Shown: positions 17,472 through 25,120 of the stretch, one piece after another
How the letters are laid out: each line of letters begins with the position of its first letter
Position numbering within the stretch: position 1 is the first letter of the stretch
DNA from: Pseudomonadota bacterium
GTDB taxonomy: Bacteria; Pseudomonadota; Gammaproteobacteria; Burkholderiales; SG8-39
Length of the DNA stretch: 64,000 bases
Reading direction: 5' to 3'
Assembly (NCBI GenBank): GCA_947455195.1
Contig: CANGMI010000005.1
Coordinates: 128,609 to 192,608 of the forward strand
The notes under the pieces: model-generated
Seen by the model: only the letters and a program-made list of their open reading frames with translations
Databases searched by the model: none
What the model was told of the DNA's origin: nothing
Made by a program: the position numbers and the translations under genes

Positions 17472-18746
17472 TCAGTTCCGGGCTTCCGTGACAAACTGGC
17501 CCGACAAGTGGTCCAGGGCAATGCGGGCCGTCTGTTGCTGATAACGCGCCTGCAGCAGGTCTGCACGCACGGAGCGCAGCACACGCTGGGCGTCCAGAAC
17601 ATCCAGAATTCCTCGTTCACCGAAGCGGTAAGCCGCTTCGGCCACTCGCAAGGCTGCCTCGGCCTCGCGCAACACCCCCTGGCTCAAGGCTTCGACACGC
17701 AGACGGGCCATGTCCAGCGCTTTCCAGGCCATCAGGATCTGCTGGCGCAACTCGTTCTCCCGGCCCTCGAGCCGGATGCGCGAGCGCTCGATCGCCGCCT
17801 GGGCCTCGGCCACCAGACCGCTGCGCTGGTCCAGCAGCGGCAGGTGCACGCCGACGCCCCACTGGCTCATGCGCATTTCGGGGTCATGCGTCTCGCTGTA
17901 GCGCAACTCCAGCCCCGGCCAGCGGCTGGCGCGGGCTGCCCGCAGTTGGGCCCGTGCCCGCTCCAGCTCCTGCCGCATGGCCATCAGTTCCGGATTGAAC
18001 TGCTCCGCCTGGGACTGCAACTGGGCCAGGTCGGGCGAGTCGAGGCCATCGCCGAAACTGGCCACCAGCTTCCAGCGGGCTGGCAGCTGTCCGGAAGCCA
18101 GCCGGTTGAGTTCGAGCAAGGCCTGCTCAGCCTGCAGGGCAGCCGTCTTCTGGCGTTCTCGGGCGTGGATGACCTCGGCGTCCGCCTTGATGATTTCGTA
18201 GCGGGCCGCCTCTCCGCTGTCCACCCTCACGCGCACGCGTTCGCGCACCTGCTCGAGCAGCGTCAGCGCTCCCGCCGAAGCCTCAGCTTCAAACTGGTAA
18301 AGAAGCGCCTCGTAGGCGCGAAGGCGTACCTGGGCTACCAGGTCGTTGCGTGCGCCAGACAACTGCCGGTCGCTCAAGCGCAGGCCCGATTCGGCCGCTT
18401 CGATGCGTGCACCCCGCAGCCAGGGGTTCTCGATCGTCTGGGCCACGGACCAGCCACGCGCCTGCTGACGAGCCATTGCGGGTGCGGTGGACTGGCCCTG
18501 CCACGGGCCCTGCTGCCATTCCAGCTTCGGGTTTTGCAGTGCCGAGGCTGTCTGCACGCTGGCGCGCGCAGCGTCCACACCGCTGCGCGCCGCCAGCAGG
18601 CCGGGGTTGTGCTCCTGCACAATCCGGGTGATCTGACCAATCGTCAGTTCGGGCACCTCGCTGGCTCGTACAAGGATGGGCGTGAACCACATGGACCCTG
18701 CCAGCACTCCGACCGTCACGCTTCTGGTCAACTTCTTGTGGGTCAT
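17472..18746 (-). CDS. TolC-family outer-membrane efflux protein (CzcC-like)
   Basis: Signal peptide, then the duplicated OEP repeat pattern. It is the first gene of the C-B-A order. The ATG at 18746 has AAGGA upstream, while the 18770 start has none. Confidence 0.9.
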   Translation of the reverse strand: MTHKKLTRSVTVGVLAGSMWFTPILVRASEVPELTIGQITRIVQEHNPGLLAARSGVDAARASVQTASALQNPKLEWQQGPWQGQSTAPAMARQQARGWSVAQTIENPWLRGARIEAAESGLRLSDRQLSGARNDLVAQVRLRAYEALLYQFEAEASAGALTLLEQVRERVRVRVDSGEAARYEIIKADAEVIHARERQKTAALQAEQALLELNRLASGQLPARWKLVASFGDGLDSPDLAQLQSQAEQFNPELMAMRQELERARAQLRAARASRWPGLELRYSETHDPEMRMSQWGVGVHLPLLDQRSGLVAEAQAAIERSRIRLEGRENELRQQILMAWKALDMARLRVEALSQGVLREAEAALRVAEAAYRFGERGILDVLDAQRVLRSVRADLLQARYQQQTARIALDHLSGQFVTEARN

Positions 18747-18882
18747 ATCGCTTTCCTTGTTCGCGGTCACCTGAACACGTCCAACAGACGCGCCCCCGGA
18801 AGCGACACCCTACGGATCCTCAGTCACATAAAAAAGCATAGGCAGAGTGATTAAAACTTCGATTTTTCAGAAGTATTAGCCC

Positions 18883-19080
18883 ATGGTCGCCGGGTTCCTT
18901 GATCTGGACGGCACACGGGTCGAGAGCGAAAAGCCCGATCTGAAGGTGCTGCACGGAACGGCCCGCGCCGCTGGCAGTGCAGTCGTCCGATCGATGTTGG
19001 TGCACGCCAGGGATGACGCGGCTCGACAGTGGTACCTCAAACGGGACCTTGAGCCCAACCCGCAGACTCGGCTGCGATGA
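18883..19080 (+). pseudogene. Relic of a TacT-like GNAT toxin (C-terminal about 40-60 aa only)
   Basis: VVRSMLVHARDDAARQWYLKRDLEPNPQTRL aligns with the C-terminus of the intact toxin at 10399-10887 (VRAMLVHALNDRARQFYEYYGFKASPAHPMTL). There is no N-terminal domain and no antitoxin. Confidence 0.5.
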
Positions 19081-19410
19081 CAGAAGCACGCGCGACGGCG
19101 CGGAACTGCGCGGATACCACGCCTTTCGTGGCAGGCCCTTTTGCCGATCCGGCAGTTGCCCGGAACCGCTCTTGCGCGGGGCGGTGCCTGAGATGAAACC
19201 GGGCCCGATCCTCGGGCAGGTACAGCGCAGGGCAGCCGCACCGGACGCTCCCCTTGTCGGTTCAATGAAAATTAATCGATCGCATGCACTCGCAAAGTAG
19301 ATTCAGGGTGGGTGCGCCGGGGTGCGGACCATCTCCCTCCCCGTCGAATCAACGGCACGCCTGATCTGCCTGCCTCCGGGCAGACATCTTCCCAAAATCG
19401 TGAAAATTTG

Positions 19411-19980
19411 ATGAACATGAAAAACAAGTCTTCGGTTTACAAGCCCCAATGCTGTGGGGCCATGATCACCAACGGCACTTCGCGTCGCGAATTCATGCGT
19501 CTGGCCGGTGGTGCCGTGATGTTCAGTTCGATCGGGCTGATATCGAGTGGCGTTCAGGCTGCCTCCGGCAACTACGAGGCCATGGTTCTCTCCTGCATTG
19601 ACCCGAGATTTCAGGATCTGGTCAACAAGAAGCAATCCAGCGACGGTCTGAGCGGAAAGTACAGTGCGTTCACCATCGCCGGTGCTTCGATTGGTGTGGT
19701 CGCACCCGCTTTCAGTGAGTGGAGCAAGACCTTCTGGGACAATCTTGGCGCTTCCATCCAGCTTCACAACATCAAGAAAGTGATTGTGGTGAACCACCGT
19801 GACTGCGGCGCGGCAAAAATCGCTTATGGCGATGCCAAGGTGGCCACACCGGCGTTGGAAACGGCAACGCACAAGGAAGCTCTGCTCGAGTTCAGGCGCC
19901 AGATGCAGGCGAAATTCCCTGCCCTGGGGAGCCAGTTGGGACTGATGGCGCTTGACGGAACCGTCGAGACGTTCGCCTGA
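19411..19980 (+). CDS. Tat-signal protein with beta-carbonic-anhydrase-like zinc-site motifs
   Basis: Twin-arginine leader TSRREFMRLAGGAVMF...GVQAAS. The motifs SCIDPRF (C-x-D-x-R) and VIVVNHRDCGA (H-x-x-C-G) have beta-CA-like spacing. The gene is visibly AT-richer than its flanks, and the start codon is uncertain (19411 or 19417). Confidence 0.75.
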   Translation: MNMKNKSSVYKPQCCGAMITNGTSRREFMRLAGGAVMFSSIGLISSGVQAASGNYEAMVLSCIDPRFQDLVNKKQSSDGLSGKYSAFTIAGASIGVVAPAFSEWSKTFWDNLGASIQLHNIKKVIVVNHRDCGAAKIAYGDAKVATPALETATHKEALLEFRRQMQAKFPALGSQLGLMALDGTVETFA

Positions 19981-20000
19981 TGTCGTTCTGATCCGGCCCC

Positions 20001-20027
20001 AAAAGCCTCTTCCCGGAGGCTTTTTTT
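20001..20027 (+). terminator. Rho-independent terminator after the beta-CA-like gene
   Basis: AAAAGCCTC-ttcccg-GAGGCTTTTTTT, a stem followed by a T-run, about 20 nt after the stop. Confidence 0.7.
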
Positions 20028-20211
20028 CCGGGTAGCGGGTCGACTGCGCATGGGGCATTCCGCCATCGACGGCGCCCCGGCGCCCGTTCGCGCACTGGTG
20101 TACACCGATCTGCGGTACCGTTCGGCGTCCGGGTCGCGGACACGCGGCAGTCCGGGCCTCCGCGGCAAATCGGTCGGGCGATTACTGTTCGGAAAATCCG
20201 GAGATCTTCAC

Positions 20212-20560
20212 ATGCACACGACCGATCTCGTGATCGTCGGCGCAGGGGGTCACGCCAGTGATGTCGTCGGTCTTGTGGAGGATCTCGTCGCCGACGGTGC
20301 CCGATGGAACCTGATCGGGCTGGTGGCGGATCAACCGCCGCCCGTGCCGGCCCGCTTCGAGGGCAGAGCCGCATATCTGGGTGCCATCGACCTGCTGCCT
20401 CGATGGCGGGCCCATGGGGTTGTCGCGGTCGGGTACCCGCAGGCGCGCTTCGAACTTGTCTCCCGCATTGCACCGCACGTCCGGCAATACGCAACGCTCA
20501 TTCATCCCGAGGCTCGCCTTGGCACCGGCACGACCGCCGGCGGTGGAACGGTCTTGCCTA
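20212..20560 (+). pseudogene. NeuD/PglD-family sugar O-acyltransferase, N-terminal fragment
   Basis: MHTTDLVIVGAGGHASDVVGLVEDL....W.L.G...D (Rossmann-like NeuD N-domain), then LIHPEARLGTGTTAGGGTVL (first LbH turns). Similarity is lost at about 20557-20570. GGAGA lies before the ATG at 20212. Confidence 0.6.
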
Positions 20561-20757
20561 CGGCTTTGATGGCATTGAAAGGGCACGCAGCGAGCGGGCT
20601 CTTCTGCGCTCGAGGCTGGTCTCGCTGGAAAACGACTCGCGCTCCTCCGTGCAGGCATTTGCCGAATTCTGGCAGGCTCGGCTGAGCGTCGGGTGAGAAC
20701 CGCGGTCAGGCTTGAAGCGGCAGGCGTGACCGCAGAGATGTCGTTGTCCAGAGTGCG

Positions 20758-20943
20758 TCAGCGCTGCCGCGAGAGAAAGTCCAGCGCCGCCCGGTTGAAG
20801 GCCTCCGGCTCCTCCCATGGCAGGGCGTGCCCTGCCTCTGGAATCAGGACCCGCTCGTGCTGCGGCAACTGCTTGCCCCACATGCGCATGAGAGCGGGTG
20901 GTGTCAGGCGGTCGGCGCCGCCAGCAATGAGCAGCGCGAGCAT
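20758..20943 (-). pseudogene. Alpha/beta-hydrolase C-terminal fragment
   Basis: LLIAGGADRLTPP......+.+P....VLIPEAGHALPWEEPEAFNRAALDFL is the usual C-terminal end (catalytic His region) of alpha/beta hydrolases. The frame has a stop 8 codons upstream, so about 200 aa of N-terminus is missing. Confidence 0.55.
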
Positions 20944-21013
20944 GCAGCATTGCGGTGGCGCGCCGTGTCACCATGGTTTCATCGAAATGACATAGCTTCG
21001 TGGGCTATGCGCC

Positions 21014-21034
21014 AAAGCTCAAAGCTCAAAGCTC
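21014..21034. repeat. Tandem heptamer AAAGCTC x3
   Basis: Read directly as ccAAAGCTCAAAGCTCAAAGCTCcatgg. It lies in the junk zone between the hydrolase fragment and tatT. Confidence 0.9.
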
Positions 21035-21129
21035 CATGGTCCGTTCGTGCCGGGTTTCATGATCGTGCAGACGCCCATCCCTGCGATGGGTGGACGGTTG
21101 TCGGCCACCGTACGCAGCGTCGGGTCTTG

Positions 21130-21999
21130 ATGCGCAAGCTCCCCGGGCTGTTCCTGTTCGCGGCACTGTCGCTACTGCTGGCCGCCTGTTCCCCGCGCAT
21201 GGTGCTCGTGAAGGCCATGGCTGACGAATTGGGCTCCCCGGGCGGCGCCGACGAGGAAGACCTGGGCCTCGCGCGCGACGCGGCCGCCTTCCATCTCAAG
21301 GTGTCGGAGCAGGTCCTGCGCCAGACGCCCGGGCATCTGGCGCTGGCCGAGGCCGTGGCCGGAGGCTTCACGCAGTACGCGTATGCCTTCATCGCCTTCG
21401 AGGCTGACAAGCAGGCGAGCACGGACGCGCGGGCTGCGCAGCGCCAGCGTGAGCGGGCGGCGCGCATGTATGCTCGTGCGCAAAGGCACGCGATGGCTGC
21501 ACTTGAAGCCGCGCAACCCGGCTTTACCCGGGCCCTCGCTGCCGGTTCGGCCCGCGTGCCAGTCGATCAGGTGGGTCTCGCCTACTGGGGTGCCGCGGCC
21601 TGGGCGGCCGCCATTTCATTGAGCAAGGACAAGCCAGACGCGGTGGCCGACCTGCCGCTGGCTACAACCTTGGCGCAATTGGCTTATGCGCGTGACCCCG
21701 GCCACGGCCAGGGCGCTCTGGCTTCGCTCATGGGCACGCTGGAAGCCGCGCGGTCCGGTGGCAGCGTCGTGCAGGCGACGACGTACTTCGACCGGGCCGC
21801 TGCGGTGAGTGGCGGCCGCAACGCTGGCGTGTTCGTGGGGCGCGCCGAAGCCTTGGCGCTGCCAGCCGGAGACCGGCCCGGCTTCGAGGCCTTGCTGCGT
21901 CAGGCGCTGGTTGCTGCCGACACAACACGTGACTTGGGCAATCAAGTCATGCGCGAACGCGCGCAGTGGCTGCTTGACACCATCGACGACCGATTCTGA
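21130..21999 (+). CDS. TRAP transporter TatT-component family lipoprotein (TPR-like)
   Basis: Lipobox LSLLLAAC followed by an Ala-rich all-helical protein. The segment Y.YAFI.FEAD......, LAYWGAAAWAAAISLSKD.PD..ADLP resembles the TatT family as I remember it. It sits directly upstream of DctP- and DctQM-like genes. Confidence 0.7.
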   Translation: MRKLPGLFLFAALSLLLAACSPRMVLVKAMADELGSPGGADEEDLGLARDAAAFHLKVSEQVLRQTPGHLALAEAVAGGFTQYAYAFIAFEADKQASTDARAAQRQRERAARMYARAQRHAMAALEAAQPGFTRALAAGSARVPVDQVGLAYWGAAAWAAAISLSKDKPDAVADLPLATTLAQLAYARDPGHGQGALASLMGTLEAARSGGSVVQATTYFDRAAAVSGGRNAGVFVGRAEALALPAGDRPGFEALLRQALVAADTTRDLGNQVMRERAQWLLDTIDDRF

Positions 22000-22018
22000 A
22001 TTTGCCCGGTAACGACCC

Positions 22019-23053
22019 ATGACCCTGTCTCGCATCGACTCCACCCGCCGCCGCACCACGCTGGGCATTGCGGGTCTGGCCCTGCCGCTGGCCGTCCCGG
22101 CACAGACCGCATCGGTGCAACTGCGCATCGGCAGTGTGGTGCCGAAGAACTCGCTCTATCACCAGAGCCTGCTGGAACTGGGCGAAGCCTGGCGGGCTGC
22201 GCAGGGGGCTGGCGCCCGCTACGTGGTCTTCACCGATGGCAGCCAGGGTGGCGAGGCCGAGATTGCGCGGCGCATGCGTATCGGCCAGTTGCAGGGTGCG
22301 CTGATGTCTGTCGTTGGCTTGCGTGAGATCGAGCCCACGGTGGCGGCGATGCAGAACCTGCCGCTGCTCTTTCGCAGCTGGGACGAGGTGGACTTCGTGC
22401 GCGACAAGATGCGTCCTGCCATGGAGAGACGCTTTGCCGACAAGGGCTTCATCGTCGTGGCTTGGGGTGATGCGGGCTGGGTGCGCTTCTTCTCGAAGGA
22501 AGCCGCGTTTCGCCCTGATGACTACAAGCGCATGAAGTTCTTTGCGTGGGGCTCCGAGCCCGAGCAGCAGGCCATCATGAAGAGCCTGGGCTATACGCCG
22601 GTGCCGCTGGAAACTGCGGACATCCTGCCCGCCGTGCAGACCGGCATGATCAACGTCGTGCCCAGTACACCCTACTTCGCGCTGGCCACTCAGGTGTATG
22701 GCACCGCCTCCAACATGCTGGAAATCAACTGGGCCCCCATTGTGGGGGCCCTTGTCGTGACGCTGAAGGCCTGGGACGCGATGACCCCGGGCGCCCAGCA
22801 GGCCTTGCGCGCAGCTGGGGAGAAGGCTGGCGAGCAGATGCGGACACAGGCGCGCAGGGAAGTCGATGAAGCCGTCGACGCGATGAAGAAACGCGGTCTG
22901 GTGGTCAACAAGCCCAACGCCGAGCAGATGCGCGAGTGGAACGAGTTGGCCGAGAAGTTGTATCCACGAATCCGGGGCAGCATGGTGCCGGCCGAGACGT
23001 TTGACGAAGTCTTTGCCTACTTGAAGGCCTACCGCGCCTCGCGGGGCAAGTAG
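22019..23053 (+). CDS. TRAP transporter substrate-binding protein (DctP family, TatP-like)
   Basis: RRR-containing leader plus DctP-family pattern (LRIGSVVPKNSLYHQSL.ELGE.W, R+MRIGQLQGA..S..GL). Confidence 0.9.
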   Translation: MTLSRIDSTRRRTTLGIAGLALPLAVPAQTASVQLRIGSVVPKNSLYHQSLLELGEAWRAAQGAGARYVVFTDGSQGGEAEIARRMRIGQLQGALMSVVGLREIEPTVAAMQNLPLLFRSWDEVDFVRDKMRPAMERRFADKGFIVVAWGDAGWVRFFSKEAAFRPDDYKRMKFFAWGSEPEQQAIMKSLGYTPVPLETADILPAVQTGMINVVPSTPYFALATQVYGTASNMLEINWAPIVGALVVTLKAWDAMTPGAQQALRAAGEKAGEQMRTQARREVDEAVDAMKKRGLVVNKPNAEQMREWNELAEKLYPRIRGSMVPAETFDEVFAYLKAYRASRGK

Positions 23054-23106
23054 CCTTGACGGCTGCCGTGGGTTCGTCTGCTTCGCCACCGCGAGGCCTG
23101 CAGCGT

Positions 23107-24903
23107 ATGGCGCGCGCCGACGAGTGGCTCTCCGCCTCAGCGTTGGCGCTGATGGTGCTCGTACCTGTGCTGGAATTGGCCGCGCGTCCACTCTTCGGGC
23201 AGGGCGTGGACAACGCGCCCGTGCTGGTGCAGCACCTGGGCCTGGTGCTGGCGATGTTTGGTGCGGTGGCAGCCGAGCGAAACGGCCACCTCACCGCGCT
23301 GGGCAGCGGCTTCAGCACGCCGGCCGGGGCGCTCGCGCAAGCGGTGCTGGCGGCCATCGCGAAGGGCAGTGCATCGCTGATCTGTGGTGTGTTGGCGCTG
23401 GCCAGCTGGCGCTTCGTGTCCAGCGAGATGACCGCTGCGCAAGTCCTCGCCTATGGTCTGCCGGTGTGGTGGGTACAGGCTTGCCTGCCAGTGGGCTTTG
23501 TGTGGCTTGGTCTGAGGCTCGGGTGGCGATGTGGCAGCCATCCTCGCCTCCGGGGGGGCTGTGCGGTGCTGCTGCCCGCGGCCGGGGCATGGTTGGGTGT
23601 GCACATCGAAGGCATGGCCCTCGCCTGGCCGCTCGGCCTCCTGTGGCTGCTGGCGATGCTGATCTGCGGTGCGCCGATCTTCGCCGTACTGGGTGGTCTG
23701 TCGTTGCTGCTCTTTGCCAGTGACGCACTGCCGCTTGCATCGGTGGCGCTGTCTCACTACCAGATCACTACCAACCCTTCGTTGCCGGCACTGCCGCTGT
23801 TCACGCTGGCGGGGTTGGTGTTTGCGCGTACCGGTGCAGCACAAAGGCTTGGCGATGTATTCCTGGCCTTGTTTGGCGGTGGCATGCGTGGCACCGTGCT
23901 GGCCACAGCCATGCTGTGCAGCGCCTTCACCGCCTTTACCGGCGGAAGCGGCGTCACCATTCTGGCGCTGGGTGGGCTGTTGCTGCCGCTGCTGCGCAAC
24001 GCCAGTTATCCCGAGCAGCGCGGTATCGGCCTCGTTACCAGCGCCAGTGCGCTGGGCGTGTTGCTGGCGCCCAGCGTGCCTCTGATCCTGTATGCCGTGA
24101 TCGCCCGCGTGCCGATCCAGGACATGTTCCTCGCGGGCCTGCTACCCGCGCTGGTTATGGTGGGCTGCCTGCTGATGGTGGGCGGATTCTTGCGGCGCGA
24201 GTCTGGCCATGCACCTGCCAGCGAACCTCCAGACATGCGCCGCTGCCTGGCGACGATCTGGGTGGCGAAGTGGGAGGTGGCAGCCCCCTGTGTTGCCATC
24301 GGTGCGATCCTCAGTGGCCTGGCGACGCCCACCGAGGCAGCAGCGTTGACTGCCGCCTACGCCATCGCTACTCAGGTCTTTGCCCATCGCGAGCTTGGCT
24401 GGCGGCAACTGGGCCAGAGCCTGGCTGATTGCGCGCAGATCATCGGTGGCGTGATGCTCATCCTTGGCATGGCACTGGCACTCACCAACTTTCTGGTCGA
24501 TGCCGGGATCCCAGACGCCGCAGTGGCCTGGACACAAGGTGTCATTCCCAACCGCTACCTGTTCCTGTTGGCGCTATGCCTGTTCCTGTTTGCCGCAGCG
24601 GCGCTGATGGAAATCTACGCCGCGCTGGTGGTTCTGGTGCCCTTGCTGCTGCCGCTTGCCACAGCTTACGGCATCGACGCTGTGCACTTCGGCATCATCT
24701 TCCTGGCGGCGATGGAGGCAGGCTTCCTGTGCCCGCCGGCGGGCATGAACATCTACTTCGCATCGGCGATGTTCGGCAAGTCGATCCGCTACGTTGCCAT
24801 CTCCGTGGCGCCGGCCATGCTGGCCATATTCATCGGCACGATGCTGATCGCGCTGGTGCCCGGCCTGGCGACCTGGCTGCCCTCACTGGGGCACGCTCGC
24901 TGA
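23107..24903 (+). CDS. TRAP transporter fused small/large permease (DctQ-DctM fusion)
   Basis: About 600 aa polytopic protein. The N-terminal about 170 aa is DctQ-like (4 TM) and the remainder is DctM-like (GG.RGT.LAT...SAFTAFTGGSGVTILALGG.LLP). The ATG at 23107 is preferred over the TTG at 23056. Confidence 0.9.
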   Translation: MARADEWLSASALALMVLVPVLELAARPLFGQGVDNAPVLVQHLGLVLAMFGAVAAERNGHLTALGSGFSTPAGALAQAVLAAIAKGSASLICGVLALASWRFVSSEMTAAQVLAYGLPVWWVQACLPVGFVWLGLRLGWRCGSHPRLRGGCAVLLPAAGAWLGVHIEGMALAWPLGLLWLLAMLICGAPIFAVLGGLSLLLFASDALPLASVALSHYQITTNPSLPALPLFTLAGLVFARTGAAQRLGDVFLALFGGGMRGTVLATAMLCSAFTAFTGGSGVTILALGGLLLPLLRNASYPEQRGIGLVTSASALGVLLAPSVPLILYAVIARVPIQDMFLAGLLPALVMVGCLLMVGGFLRRESGHAPASEPPDMRRCLATIWVAKWEVAAPCVAIGAILSGLATPTEAAALTAAYAIATQVFAHRELGWRQLGQSLADCAQIIGGVMLILGMALALTNFLVDAGIPDAAVAWTQGVIPNRYLFLLALCLFLFAAAALMEIYAALVVLVPLLLPLATAYGIDAVHFGIIFLAAMEAGFLCPPAGMNIYFASAMFGKSIRYVAISVAPAMLAIFIGTMLIALVPGLATWLPSLGHAR

Positions 24904-24970
24904 GGGCGACTCATGGCGGCGGGCGCAGTGAACCCGCAGGCCGTCCAGAGAGCCATGCGTCGTTTTTTTC

Positions 24971-25120
24971 GTGGCAGATACCCAGCAAGGCAGAGTTCTG
25001 CAAAAGCCTGGCTCGGGCTTCGTCGGTGCGGGCGCCGTCGTGACTCGCGACGTCCTCGCCGGGAGAACGGTCCCGGGGCCTTGTCGCGCCGCGCGGCGCA
25101 CCCCGATCCTGACTAGATGA
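24971..25120 (+). pseudogene. NeuD/PglD-family acetyltransferase, C-terminal fragment
   Basis: A third frame not listed in the ORF track reads ...GRVLQKPGSGFVGAGAVVTRDVLAGRTVPGPCRAARRTPILTR*. GAGAVVTRDV..G.TV.G.P is the typical last LbH turns and tail of this family. It has the same strand and order as the N-fragment at 20212. Confidence 0.5.

Noticed and set aside
16320-18854. 844-aa ORF on the plus strand
   Set aside because: It is antisense to the MFP and TolC-like efflux genes. The composition is low-complexity Gly/His/Arg/Gln-rich, with no motifs.
19081-19310. Possible additional gene relic between the GNAT fragment and the beta-CA-like gene (minus-frame LPEDRARFHLRH...)
   Set aside because: No family was recognised and there is no start codon. 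The ORF-track entries here are Arg/Cys-rich and overlap the relic antisense.
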